Origin: Paraglomus brasilianum
Lineage: Eukaryota
Assembly: GCA_910592345.1 (NCBI GenBank)
Contig: CAJVPI010000023.1
Coordinates: forward strand, 1 to 64,000
Length of the DNA: 64,000 nucleotides
Direction of reading: 5' to 3'
Both the position numbers and the translations under genes were made by a program. The notes under the pieces were generated by a model. It was not told the origin of the DNA, did no database searches, and saw only the letters and a list, made by a program, of their open reading frames with translations. The first letter of the stretch is position 1. Every line of letters begins with the position of its first letter. Below, in pieces: positions 13,369-25,741 of the stretch.

Positions 13369-16300
13369 AACAATACGCTAGAATGCCATCCTAATTAGCA
13401 TAGTCTACCGTTCATCACTTAATCAACCTTAATTTCGATTTCATAAACTCAGTTTGCCACTCTTTTGCGTTGCACGCCCTTTCGAAAGACATGAAACACA
13501 ACATCATCCCCCTCCCCATTCGTCTTTTGCCGCCGCCTTTTCAACTCAATATGCTCAACGTTTCATAAGTCCTTGGCATGTTTGTCGATCATCCCTAATC
13601 GGCAGATTCCATGCTTAATTTCATCATGAACATGCACCACCAAACCACATTACGAGATAAATTTGGAACGTATGCAACAGCTGCATTGTCTGAGAGTTGG
13701 TGTGTATTAGTAAATATTTATATTATGCTATTGTTGCAGCTAGTATTAGTATTAGGTCTGTTTGTGTCTCCTGCAGGAAAAATATATGCTACATCGTGCT
13801 CTCACGTTATTAATACCCCGCTCCCCTCCCCCTCCATGCTGAAGTATTACATCCCTGCCCGGATAAATTTATTTCCACATGATTCAATTCACTTTACTCT
13901 TTGGTGCCGTCTATTTCTGTATTTTCGATTATTGGCACCACATGAAGTGGATTTTGCATTGGACGGAGATCAGCGAAGCAACCAATTGGTTGAAAAAAAG
14001 AGAGAGAGAGAGAGAATGTGACGATATTATTATCAATTACATGAACAATCGGCATATTATTTTACGATTGACATACTAATTTACGATTTCTGTTATTTTT
14101 GATCCCTTATCTAGTAAGTCTTATGCAGAACGAATAGATTTGTTGGGGAAGGCGGACCAGAACATTTACGGTCCGAACCAGAACATTTAGGCTTACGGTC
14201 CGGACGGTATTATAATTATCGCATATTGTTACACTAACGGGTCGGTAATGAACGAAGCAACCCATTCGTCATTAGAAATTTAAACCACCGGAAATTATCT
14301 TGACCCTTACCTCATTTCGGTAAATTAAACGACTGCACACGGACTGGGCAGCAATTAACTGCACCCTTAGTTTGTAACAACAAGCACAAGTAAAATTCAA
14401 GCTAGCCTTAAAAGTTATGATACCCGTCATAATTTGAAAATTTTGGCACGCATGGACTGTGTATCGACGTATCAATATCTTTCACACCGATCATTAATCA
14501 TTATGAAATATCGATTAACAACGGCAGCGTTGTAACGCCATAACCATAACCATAACCATAAACTAATTATTGTATGCCACAAAACATTTACTTGCAATTC
14601 GTACAAAACCTTGTTGCTAGAAAAAAGTTTAATACTCGCATAGTCCTATCAAGATTCCCAATGTTTTTGAAAAAGAAAAAGATGTAACAGATTCATGATA
14701 TTTAATATGCAGTTGAATTTTTTATTAAAACGCAAGCTCATGGATGATCGTTAAATGTGTAAGACTTAAGTAATCATGGTACAGACCTCGTGTGCGAACA
14801 TTACGTAAACATCAAGATGTCTTACTTACTAAACAGGGAATGCTTGTCTGACAGATAATATATCTGACTACTCTATTGTCCGTCTGGCCAAAACCCCCAC
14901 CAAGCACGCTAAATCAAACATGTATCAAACCCTAATTGCCCGCTTCATATCGAGTTAGAGCGCTGACCGTTAATACCCAATTTCATATATCATAAACACC
15001 AATATAATCAAGAAGGGAACAAACCTAACTAATTTGCAAACTAAGGAGTGAGAGACCGTGATGATCAAGCTAATGTTGGATGAGATGAAAAGAAAAAAAA
15101 GAAAAAAGAAAGAAAGAAGAGGTTTGATATTAGTGGAAACGAACCAATGTGTTTTACGGAGGTTTCCGATTTCCGTATTACGTGATACGGAGAAAAAACC
15201 CACGCCTATTACTATTACAAAATTACGTATTGCTTATTCGTCATTGGTTCATGAACCAAATTCAAAATGTCGATATTTTTTTTAAAACCACAACCGTGTG
15301 TCACCTGTCGTCGTCTCACAAATCTAAACAACAAGAGAGGAAAATCGAAATACGATCATCTTTATGAGGATTGCGACATAAAGTTTTAATTACGAAAAAT
15401 GAGCTTTATGAACTTTTTTGGTGGATAACCATTAAAACGGAAACAAGGGATCCAATAACAACAGATTGACCGTATATTGTAATAATTAATTTAACGATGG
15501 CAAATTCTTTGTCAACAGAAAGAAAATTTAATCCCCCTTTTAGTATGAACAACTGTTCTGATGTTTGGGGGAGGGGGGAAAAAAGGTATGCAGTGGCGTG
15601 TAACTTTAATAACATGTTTATTCGGCTAGCATGTAGAACATTGCGCAATTCTTTCAATTACAGATCACTTAATATTAATGCAATCTACTACCAGAAAAAG
15701 TGAGTATAATATTTCAATGTTTGAAAACTGCCAAAGCACCTACCACAGTATGGATTTTTGATCGGTCACAAATTAAAATAAATTAATTAAAGCAAGTACA
15801 AACAAATTATTATTCAAGGAAATATTCTAGAATAGCAGGTCATAGTAATAGTACAGTATATATGACCCCTAGTCTTTCCAATTAGCTTGCATTTTACAGA
15901 AATTTAGCCGAAGATCTGAATCTCTGTTTTACTGACTTGAAAAATTCAACAAGGTTGAAGGAGATTTAATTATTGAAACTGGGAATCGGGTATATTTGGT
16001 CAAGACTATTGGAATACAAGTCTTTAAATCAATACTTCGATCCTGAGTAATCAAGTAAAGAAAATTCTGTGTAAACCAGATTACTAATTTTATCGGATGT
16101 TATTCTTTAATAATTTTCTTTCTACTACTATGTACGACTGTAACCAGATAATCAAAGAGATATAGGACTAATTCGATTTTTTTGCAACATAAACTTTTTA
16201 TATGAAAAGTTTGATATGTTGTGGGACCCGTCTCAGTTCGGAACCCAGTCACTCGGTCTAGAACTAGCCGTCTCAGTCCAGAACTGAGTGATTCTCGAGT

Positions 16301-17892
16301 GGCAGTACATTGATTCCACTTGGTCATTATTTCTAAGTTCCAAATACTTAATGATGATGTCTATTACTACTAATTTCTATAATGCATAGTGAATTAACAT
16401 TAACCATACTGTATCTTCTATTTGAATAATATAAAATTATCCCAAGTCATTATTATTTAAAGATGACTGCATCTAAAAACGTATAATTGCATGGGAAGAA
16501 TTAATGAGTGTGCCCAATTTTTTGTACAATTCAACATTATTAATCACATTATTACTTTTTCTCACACCCCCCTCGTGAGATTTGTATTACGGACGCTGCA
16601 ATAACTTTTCGTTCAAATAAAAGTTTCGGTTCTTTGGTCGGACAATCGTTTTACAATGGTTTAATATTAATATCTGACGAGTAAAATTGTTTGTTGGCAT
16701 CTTTTTTTTTTATTACTAATGCTCTCGAATTATAGAGTTAATTATGCCTTTGTTCAAGCAAATTTATATTTAGTCGTCAAGACGCGTGGCGTGATTATTC
16801 TAAATATAAGTATTGGTGCTGGCTTGATTATAAAGTCTTTGTCTATCATTATATTAATTGCACAAGGTTGCGACGCATATTAATATTTTAGGAAGTGGCT
16901 GCATTCTTGTTACTAAAATTTATGCGTTTCGTAAGTGACACCATCAACGCCCTACATTTAATGCATGCAAATTTATGCATTATTTGTCAACATTTTTAAA
17001 ACGGTTTATAGTATACAGTAACACTGCAAGAAAGACAGATTTAATGAAAATTGGTAGATGAGACTTATCTTGTGACTGTAGTGTTGGCGCCGCTGCTCAG
17101 GTTACAACGTTCCACAATTTTATTAACCCATTGAAGCATACGCGAACAATTAAGAATGCACATTCCCCAATGACATCAAGATTATAGGCAAAGCCCTATG
17201 GTACATGAGCATAGTTTTGATAAAGCGAATATTCACTTTTGCCATTAAACAGCACAATGCGTGACAAATCTAACGAACAATAAATCATTTGATTGTGGGG
17301 TGCAAAATTAGCGTTCGCTTTAATTAAGGCGTTGGCTAATGTTGAAGGTAACTCTGTATAAATTTCCCTATTGCCAGAGTATACATACTCTCTGTGCTAA
17401 CCCACGATTAAGCTATACTAAACAAATAGAACATTTTATCGTTATAGTGCTAGGCTCAAAATGATGTAAATTTTTAATACTTAACATTAATTCTCGAAAA
17501 AAACTATTCTCTCAACAATGGGCATGCCACTATCAGCTTGCGAACGAGAGAGAAGATACGTGAATAACGAAAGGGGAAGTAGTCCGCAAAAAGTTGAGCA
17601 TTTTGTAGGTTAAATCGTATTTTACGGGAAAATGCGAACGGTTGTACCAATTATGTTTTTAGTGAATTGAACAAGTAGGGCTACTCGCCCTCTACTTTTA
17701 CTATGAAGTGAATTATCAAATTCATAATTATTGTCGCTTTTAGCACTTGCGGGCTTGCCACGTTTCGCATCACATAAAGAATTCTCTTTGCTTCAAAAAT
17801 GATTATAACGCGAGCACTGTTCAGTCAAAACTTCTCTTGAATTAATAATATTATTGATTTGAGTAGCTTTGCCTTTACATAATTTCTCTGAC

Positions 17893-18087
17893 TAAAGTAC
17901 CCACCCCCCGGAGCAAAGTACCCTTCAGCAATTTCGAGGCCTGATTTTGTAAAAGACCCGGGTACTATTTTCGAAAAGATTAACACTATCGAGTAAAATA
18001 TCCAGATGTCGTATGTAAATCCCGTCACTATGTAAATCCCGTTTGGGAGTCCCTAAAAACCGTAAATCTGGGGATTTACATACAACA
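17893..18087. mobile_element. MITE-like remnants with direct plus inverted subterminal motifs
   Basis: AAAGTACCC x2 with inverted GGGTACT (~17959). ATGTCGTATGTAAATCCC (18006-18023) is inverted to GGGATTTACATACAACAT (18070-18087), with an internal direct copy TATGTAAATCCC. Confidence 0.5.
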
Positions 18088-18169
18088 TACCCTCCTCCCA
18101 GTGAGAGAAATACAGTAGTTCTTATTATTTAGTTTGCATATCTAACCTCCTTCCCTGACATAACACTAA

Positions 18170-18690
18170 AGCACGAATTGAGACATGTTGGGTGGGATCC
18201 AGACCAAGAGAGCAAGATTTTTTGGCTATCTATTTCGATGATGGAGGGGAGGGTTTGACTTGGGTTTGACCTGGGTTTTTCTCTGGGATTGCCTTAGCCA
18301 GCATTTTTCCATCCGGTTGTGATTAGTTTAGATCCTTTAACGGTCCTCATAATGTCAATGATTTTGACTTGGGGATACGTGATAAGGGCAGTGGATGGGA
18401 GTTTCCCTTTAGGAGAAGGATAGGGATATTATGGTCTCCGACTTGGAGGGTTCCTTGTTCGATGAAGTTGTCGGCCTCCATTGTTTCCTCGAAGAAGATT
18501 TGGATTCGTGTCGTGCAGCATAGACTTCTCTCCCATCGAGGTCACTTTGAAGTCTAGAAGGCAGATGTGGGGTCTGCTGCTGGTGTATCCTAGTGAAGGA
18601 GGACGACGGTTGGTTAAGTGCGTCCCCCAACTAAAAGTCTCGAAGACCCTCTTGAACTTTGGGGCCTTCGGTTGGGACAGGGACATCTGA
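18170..18690 (-). mobile_element. Degenerate LINE (L1/Tx1-like) ORF1/gag-like fragment
   Basis: GC-richer block. Frameshifted translation ...IQIFFEETMEADNFIEQGTLQVGDHNIPIL...QVKIIDIMRTVKGSKLITTGW...LPSIIEIDSQKILLSWSGSHPTCLNSC resembles the LPSxIxIxGxxxxxxYxGQPxTCxxC lead-in to the ORF1 zinc knuckle. Confidence 0.6.
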
Positions 18691-19111
18691 GTCGGTGTCC
18701 ATAGGAGTGCTAGAAGAACTTTGGGTAGACATTGTTAGTAGTTTATTATCCTTAAACAGCGATTTTGATTTGTAGAGGCGCGGCGAAAAGTGTACGGAGG
18801 AAAGAATGGTGCAAAGGGAAAAGCACAGATTGAGAATGCAAAGAAGACCATGTCAACATGCCGATAGTAAACACGATCGCGACACACAGCGTGTCTTTCG
18901 GATGACAATTCATCAAGTTTAATCAAGAATGGCGATCTGTGGTGTAGCATCAGGATAATGAGTAGCCGCACAACCAGCGAAAGCGATTACGTGGTTGAAA
19001 AGCATAATTCGCATATATTTCATAGTGTTGTGTAGCCGAAAAAATCAAGATGAAACCTTCGTCTAATTTTTATAAGTACGAGTCTCTACATACGTCCACG
19101 TTAAGTAATAT

Positions 19112-19335
19112 TCATTGTAGGGTAATGTCTTGTCTATAACAACACAAGATCGCCGGCTCGGGCAAGCTTCCAGCTCGTTGTTCAACTATGAATGATTCTA
19201 TAAGATAACTTTGCGCAAATTGAAATAGATAACCCAAATCCTGCTCGTCCGTTGCAACTAACAATTTGAGAATCTGAGATCCATCACACTTGTCTATATT
19301 CACTTCTACCGTATACAGATATCTATCACGAATAG
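19112..19335 (-). pseudogene. BTB/POZ-domain gene fragment (Glomeromycotina BTB-BACK-TLDc type)
   Basis: RYLYTVEVNIDKCDGSQILKLLVATDEQDLGYLFQFAQSYLIE matches the BTB C-terminal half (YLYTGxxxL...ILxLLxAADELxLxxLxxxxQxxLI). No intact N-terminal half or downstream domains. Confidence 0.75.
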
Positions 19336-20364
19336 CATATGAAATTAAATTCTCAATCCAATTGAGAATGTCTGGGCTGTTCTATCATGAAATGCGCAAT
19401 ATATTGTGCAATATAATAGTGTCTGGTGTCGCAGTATTTTCGGAAAATAGGTCCGACAGAGCGTATTGGGACCGAGTGAGAATAGGTTGAGTAGAAATAT
19501 CAAGATCTTGACCATGAATATTTGGTGAAGCGTGATGTGTGCTGTGCTTATCCTTTCACCTCCACGTGCGAGAAAGAAAAGGAACGGCTATTCCTTTGTA
19601 TTAGTCGAACATTATTATATAAACAACTGGGAGAGCATATTGTTCCGAAGGAATGTTCTATCAAACACTTGATGATGTATGAAATCGTGTGATACTCAGC
19701 CGCATCGTTGGCCATGACAAAAGCACTCCTAAGAGTCTCCTGAATTGCTCCTTAATATCTCTAAACTCTGTCGTAAATCCTGTATCAAGTTATGTTGGCA
19801 TTGCGGATCGGTGATTCGTAATCAAATAAATATCCAAAGCGCAAAAGTGACCAAAAACCTTTCCTTATCGTAATCACATCATCAGCTAGAATACCAATAA
19901 AAGTTTGGCGTGATATCAACTATCCCTTCCACGGTGTCGTCGTATGGCAGTAGATTCGTCCAGGCTAGGTGTACACATGAATCAATGTGGCTATTTCACA
20001 TTGGTTTTGTTGCAGATGCTTCGTATGTTAAAGATGTTAAAGTCTGACATTGCACGAATTGATCGCTTGGTTTAACAGGCAATGTTCCCCTTGTAAACTG
20101 CTTAGCGATCCATGTTGATAATGACCAGATAACCGGTTGAGAGAAATTTAGGATATCGTCTTATGAAACGTAGGGCTTCCTGATTCATAGAATACAAAAG
20201 TATTCAAAGTTAATGAATTAAAAAACTTGTACATTATCGAACTGGTGTTTTAAGCTGCCTTGATTGTCTGTCAGTTGACTTGTGTTTCCGAAAAAGACAG
20301 GTTGTTCGATTTTTACAAAGCTCGTCGACGGGTCCACAGTTAAAAACCGTCACATGCGTGGGAA

Positions 20365-20412
20365 TAGCGACGGGCGGTGTGTACAAAGGCGGGACGTAAT
20401 CAACGCGAGCTA

Positions 20413-20447
<35 letters not shown>

Positions 20448-20688
20448 ACAATAGTTGCAATGCTCTATCCCCAGCACGATGAAGTTTCACAATATTACCC
20501 AGGCCTTCCGGCAAAACTCGCCGACTTTATCAGTGTAGCGCGCGTGCGGCTCAGAACATCTAAGGGACGACCGTTCGTGAGAACAACCTGGCTATTTAGC
20601 AGGTTACGGTCTCGTTCGTTATCGGAATTAACCAGACAAATCACTCCACCGACTAGGAACGACCACTCTCAATCTGTCAAGTGTTGAC
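20365..20688 (-). pseudogene. 18S (SSU) rRNA pseudogene fragment with internal deletions
   Basis: Plus strand carries reverse complements of conserved SSU segments: GACGGGCGGTGTGTACAAAGG, CTTACTAGGAATTCCTCGTTGAAG, GTAGCGCGCGTGCGG..CAGAACATCTAAGGG, GGTCTCGTTCGTTATCGGAATTAACCAGACAAATCACTCCACC, CTCTCAATCTGTCAA. Intervening segments are missing and there is no flanking rDNA. Confidence 0.92.
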
Positions 20689-20811
20689 CTACAAAACGTG
20701 TGAGAATGTTCGGTTATAATTGACATGCAATAAAACTTTTGAAAATTTCTGTTCTCGAACATACCACATTCCAATTCTCATCCCAATCGGCCAAGCACTA
20801 CAGACCAGTTG

Positions 20812-21093
20812 TCAGTAATTTCCTCTCTTTGTTCTCATACGCGGAACCTGATGCTCTACATTCTCCACACCTGAAATCGTCTTCAACGTTCTTCTTGTCT
20901 CCTCGATGTCAACGTCACTTTTCTCACATTTTACAAGAATTGCATCCTTCAATTCACCGATTTGTCCAACATAATCTATTTTATCTGGGAGGTTAGAAAT
21001 CAAGTTCTCGAGGGATGAGACAGAGAAGAGGGTGACAGCAAAATAGTGATACGAGTCGTAATCAAGAGCATGCGGCGCGCGAGTTGTCGACAT
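20812..21093 (-). CDS. 93-aa protein resembling a stand-alone peptidase S8 (kexin/furin-type) pro-domain
   Basis: MSTTRAPHALDYDSYHYFAV...YVGQIGELKDAILV...SGVENVEHQVPRMRTKRGNY*. Motifs DYDxYxYxA, GQIGELxD and VExQxPRxRxKR match kexin propeptides. ATG at 21093 has A at -3. Confidence 0.7.
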   Translation of the reverse strand: MSTTRAPHALDYDSYHYFAVTLFSVSSLENLISNLPDKIDYVGQIGELKDAILVKCEKSDVDIEETRRTLKTISGVENVEHQVPRMRTKRGNY

Positions 21094-24000
21094 CGTGTGA
21101 GCTTTTGTAAATAATGATAATACTGTATTTAATTTGATGTGGCTAGTGAGATCAACAAAGAGTGGCTTGGTAATTGAAATGAAATGACGTTTCCTAAGAC
21201 AAATTTCACATCTTTGTTCCGGAAACTGGAGATTTTCCATCCACCTAATACTAAGATGGTAGAACAATGACCCCCAAAAATTGAATGGGTAAAACCCGGG
21301 TTTTGCAGGCTTGTTGTAAATATCTTTAAAGGCAAATTATTAATACTAGCACTGCGGCAATTGATGCTCTTATCAGGTAAGCTTAAGTTTTTTACATTCT
21401 GCTGGGAAAAGTTTCATAAACAATAGAAACCTCATGAAGCGTCGTGTAACGGCACTATTTTAAATAAAAAGGGGGTTTCAAGCTTACTTATCTGTGGCGT
21501 AGTTATGATTACTGTATATTAATATACGCAGCATTACGTATTTATTCGTCCAGCTGCATATACCCGGTTAATGTGTGCGCTTGACTGATATGAAAAACAA
21601 CCGATTCATTACGTATCTGCGCTTGGAGAGGTGGGTGCAACCATAGCTTCCACCATTAGTTTCCAACATCGTTCGTGAAAGCATAATAATAACGCTGACA
21701 GTGTCATGTACGACGGTCCACGCGTCGATCATACGATTGTCAACACAAAAACAGTTAAATCATTTATCAACAAATAGGAAACATACATTTTTGTAAATCA
21801 GAAGTGCAACACGTTGGATATTGGAATGTTTATCATTCAAAACAAACGACTTGTACTTGTGAGTGAATAAAACCAAGCGAAACCGAGTTTAGTCTAATAC
21901 GGCCCGAATGGTACAATTGCTATTTACTTTGCGTATATTTAGCACAATACGTGAGTCTGATTGTGTTTATTTAGGAGCATTTTCTCTGCTATTGGAATGT
22001 CGGAACAAATACGGATTATCCAATCTCCTAATCTGCCATGACAATAACTACACGCAAATGACAACAGTCGATTGAGAGATATTAATAAACTTCTATTTCT
22101 CTTTCTCTCCCACAAATCATGTGATTTAGCGGGGGTAGTTCTGTACATTGTGACACTGTGTTCCAGACAAAGGCTTTTAGCTAGAACCTATTCGTAATAT
22201 TTGATGCAACAGCGCTTCAGCCGATAAATGGTTTTACATTACCTAATTGTGTACCAATTGCACATTGCTTTCCCGAATGAGCAGCTCAAAGAAATCTTGT
22301 TTTATAAATAGACATAAAGTCGAACGTTTTCTTCCCTACATCGATATCTCGCATCAATACTTATTGACATTCCCAAACATTTACATATCTAACAATGTCG
22401 CCAGCAAGTATGATCGATGCACGTGCCATTAATAACGACACGCCTACAGACTTTAACGGGTTCATCGGATCCTCATCTGTCCGTAGTGGTTGGGATGCCC
22501 TCTTTAGTCTTTGGACAATATGGGCTTTGCAATGGTGAGTTAGTTGTAGACAATCAAAATTAAGAGCTAAGAAAAATACTAACGATTTATACTTAGGTTG
22601 TTGCGAGAATATTTGGGACGGTCGACCAAAGGTGGTAAAGATGGTGATGAAACGACTACGGAAAAGTGTGCTCGCGTTAGTATTAGTATACATTATTTCT
22701 ATATGGTTATATTTGATATACCTACGCACATAGACTAACCTACCTGCATTTTCTTGTCTCTTGATAGAGAGCAAAGGGATTTAAAAAGGCTCACAAGCTT
22801 GCTACCCAATTGTTGGTGGGTCTCCTCTCCGCCTTGACTTTCAACAGTATGGCTCGCGGTTCGGGTACTGCGGTCGAAATATGTAGTTGGATATACTTTG
22901 GAACGAGTGCAATCTGGGTGCACTTAACGCATTTTGGGGGGACGAAAAGACATCCAATTATTAGAAAAATTGGTGTTACGGTTCAAACTAGTCTTTTACT
23001 TGTCATCTTCATTCACGCCTTTATTGGTCGAGTGATGGACTAAGCGACCTGCGTGGTACAACACATGAGCAGCTCGTATCAATCTTTTTTTGTTGTTGTT
23101 GTCAATATCTGAACACTATTCACTTGGGAAATATCATAATAATAAAGCTTGGATTTTTTATTGGTTCAATTAGAGAGTAATTCAATTTCATACCAATAAC
23201 CGCGATCTTTAATATTTGGTGGAAATGGAGATCATAAATTGTGGACAAGAAAGTCGAGCACGTCCTGTTGTCAAGAGAGGTATCAAAGGAGAGATAAGCA
23301 ATCTCAAACGATCAATAAATTGAAGGTTGGGATTTCTCTGCCATACAAGTCTTTTGATTTCGAATCGGTGCTGCACACAGTGGACCTCTATGTTAATAGC
23401 TCTTGGTGAAACTACCGTCTTTCGCACTATACCCTGCGGCAATTTTGAACGCCAAATTTTGATTTATACCCGGGTATATGTTGCGGTATTCTTCCGGCAT
23501 ATATGACTTGTACCCTCTTCTAACTTGCCAATAAAAACTGCGAATTAAAATTTAACACTATAAGATGCATTCCCAAATATTATCATCTCCGACACATCTT
23601 ATGCGAGTTATAGAATCCACGAGGCCATATACTAATTCAACACCGGGAGACATAAAAGAGGTTACCTGTAATCACAATCGAATTTTAATGTTAATTCGAA
23701 GTTCTTACTTTACAGTATTTATCTAATGCGTTAATTCTAGGAAATCTGGAATCACTTTATCGGCAGCCAATAGAATTTTAGAAAAACAAATCGAGATATG
23801 TACCCACTATCACTACGATGTACCCCCATTACATGAGTACCCTGAACAAAGGGTACACATAGGTGAAATACGGTAATTCATTGCAGCGCAACACATTAGT
23901 CCGACCTGTTAATTGTACAGCATACCCTATGTTCGTCGCTGCCTGTCAACCATACTTGTAGCTTTGTTTTCGTCGTTTTGATATCAAATACTAATATTTC

Positions 24001-24406
24001 TGATCAGAAACTCCTGCTAGAATAGTTCACGTGACGTGGATGTCTGTTGAATAATGTGACACGTTTCTCGATATTGATTCAATGTGCTTGTTTCCAATGT
24101 CGTGTTACTAATTGCATTCTTTATTTCGCAATTTATTGTTAGTTACATTTCTACGCGACCTATGGGATAAATTCGCCTTTTTCTCTTTGTTCCCTTAAGA
24201 GTTTTATTTACGGGGGAAGACTTTACAGTATGTCTTAATTTATAAAATGTAGACCAATATGTGTTGAATTCACCTATCGATATTGACGCATTTATAATTA
24301 CATATTTCACATGATAGAATCGAGCATGTTACACCATCGCCGAACTTAATTGTAGCAACGAGTTGTCTCAACCTCAGCTTCATTAGTCAAATCAACGCGC
24401 GACAAA

Positions 24407-24785
24407 ATGATCGGGCCGACCTCCTTGTCGATAGTGAATGCAGTCAAAAGAAAGCGGCAACAGCAACGACCTGTACAGAAGACAACTCAAACTACGGAAC
24501 GTGAGAATATGAAACAACAGGATAAAGACACGGAAGTGGTCAAAGAAGAGCAACAGATAGAAGATCAGGGAACACGTAAAAGAGGGCGACAAGTCAAACA
24601 AATACAGCAGACAGAAAACCAGCAGCCGCGTAAGAGAGGGCGGCCGGTTGGTTCCAAAAACAAGCCGCGAACAAATGAGGAGAATATCAAAAAAACAACC
24701 AGAACGCGAACAAGAACACGAGAACTTGTGACGACAGAGGCGGCAACAGCAGCAACCCCCACCGCTACGACCGCTGCCACAATAA

Positions 24786-24835
<50 letters not shown>

Positions 24836-25741
24836 ACAACAACGACGGCAGCAATGGCGGCGGCGGCGGCGGCAACAACGACAACGATAGCAACAGCAAC
24901 AACAACAACGGCAGCAGTAACGGCGGCAACAACGACGATGGCGGCAACAAAGACAACGATGGCAGCAACGGTGGCGGCAACAACGACAACGATGGCAGCA
25001 GCAGCAACAACAACAGAAACGAAAACAGCTGGGACAGAAACAACAGAAACGAAAACAGTTGGAACAGAAACAATAACAACAACGGCAACAGAAACGAAAA
25101 TAGAAACAGAAACGGTAACAGAAGCTGCTATCGCTACTGCTACTGCTACTGCCACAGCAGCAACAATGACAGAACCTTTGTCAGGTCATGCTCTTTCCTT
25201 ACCACTATTATCTGTAGTTCCATTTTCATCATGTTCATCCGAATTATCGTCTCTGCCGTCACCGTTATCAACTGCATCCTCACCATCGCGAGATCCAAAT
25301 GTTTTTTCATTCTCTGCTACATCTCTACCAGAATCTCCGACTATCGCATCTCCTTCAACCTCGATCGAACAGTCTTCTGGAATGACACGTGTAAAAATGT
25401 TACTAAGTCAGATGGACAACATGTCACTCGGTTACTTTGGGAAACTAGTCGACGATAATTACGACGAGGAATGGATGAGTGAATGTTGTTTGACTGATCT
25501 GCACGGTCAGCAGAATCAAATGGAGCAACAGCCTTCTTTGCGTGGTTGCTATCCAACATGGTCTCATCAAGACGAATGTGAATGGAAAGCATGGATGCAA
25601 GAAGTAGAAGCTGAAATATCACGCAAATGCCTCGATAGTGATGGTACAAATAAGGCACAAGAGATGCTGGAGATAGTAGGGAACATGGACATATTGGAAA
25701 TCAAACAATTTCTTAATTTGTTGAATGAATGTTGGGTATAA
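24407..25741 (+). CDS. AT-hook protein with long Thr/Ala low-complexity linker and a small C-terminal domain (444 aa)
   Basis: Canonical AT-hook PRKRGRPVGSKNKP plus a degenerate TRKRGRQ. The ACA/GCA/ACG triplet repeat region stays in frame. Confidence 0.75.
24738..25166 (+). repeat. Coding triplet-repeat tract (ACA/ACG/GCA/GCG) encoding poly-Thr/Ala
   Basis: Directly visible; explains the antisense poly-V/A and poly-L ORFs. Confidence 0.9.

Noticed and set aside
19900..19990. Minus-strand LLPYDDTVEGI resembling the Cdc48 N-domain
   Set aside because: Single short match with no supporting flanks.
20365..20688. Functional rDNA unit, and the overlapping ORF 20460-20687
   Set aside because: Only ~320 bp with conserved segments deleted and no ITS/5.8S/LSU; the ORF is an antisense-rRNA artefact.
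24565..25155. Poly-Val/Ala and poly-Leu antisense ORFs
   Set aside because: Shadows of the triplet-repeat tract in the AT-hook gene.
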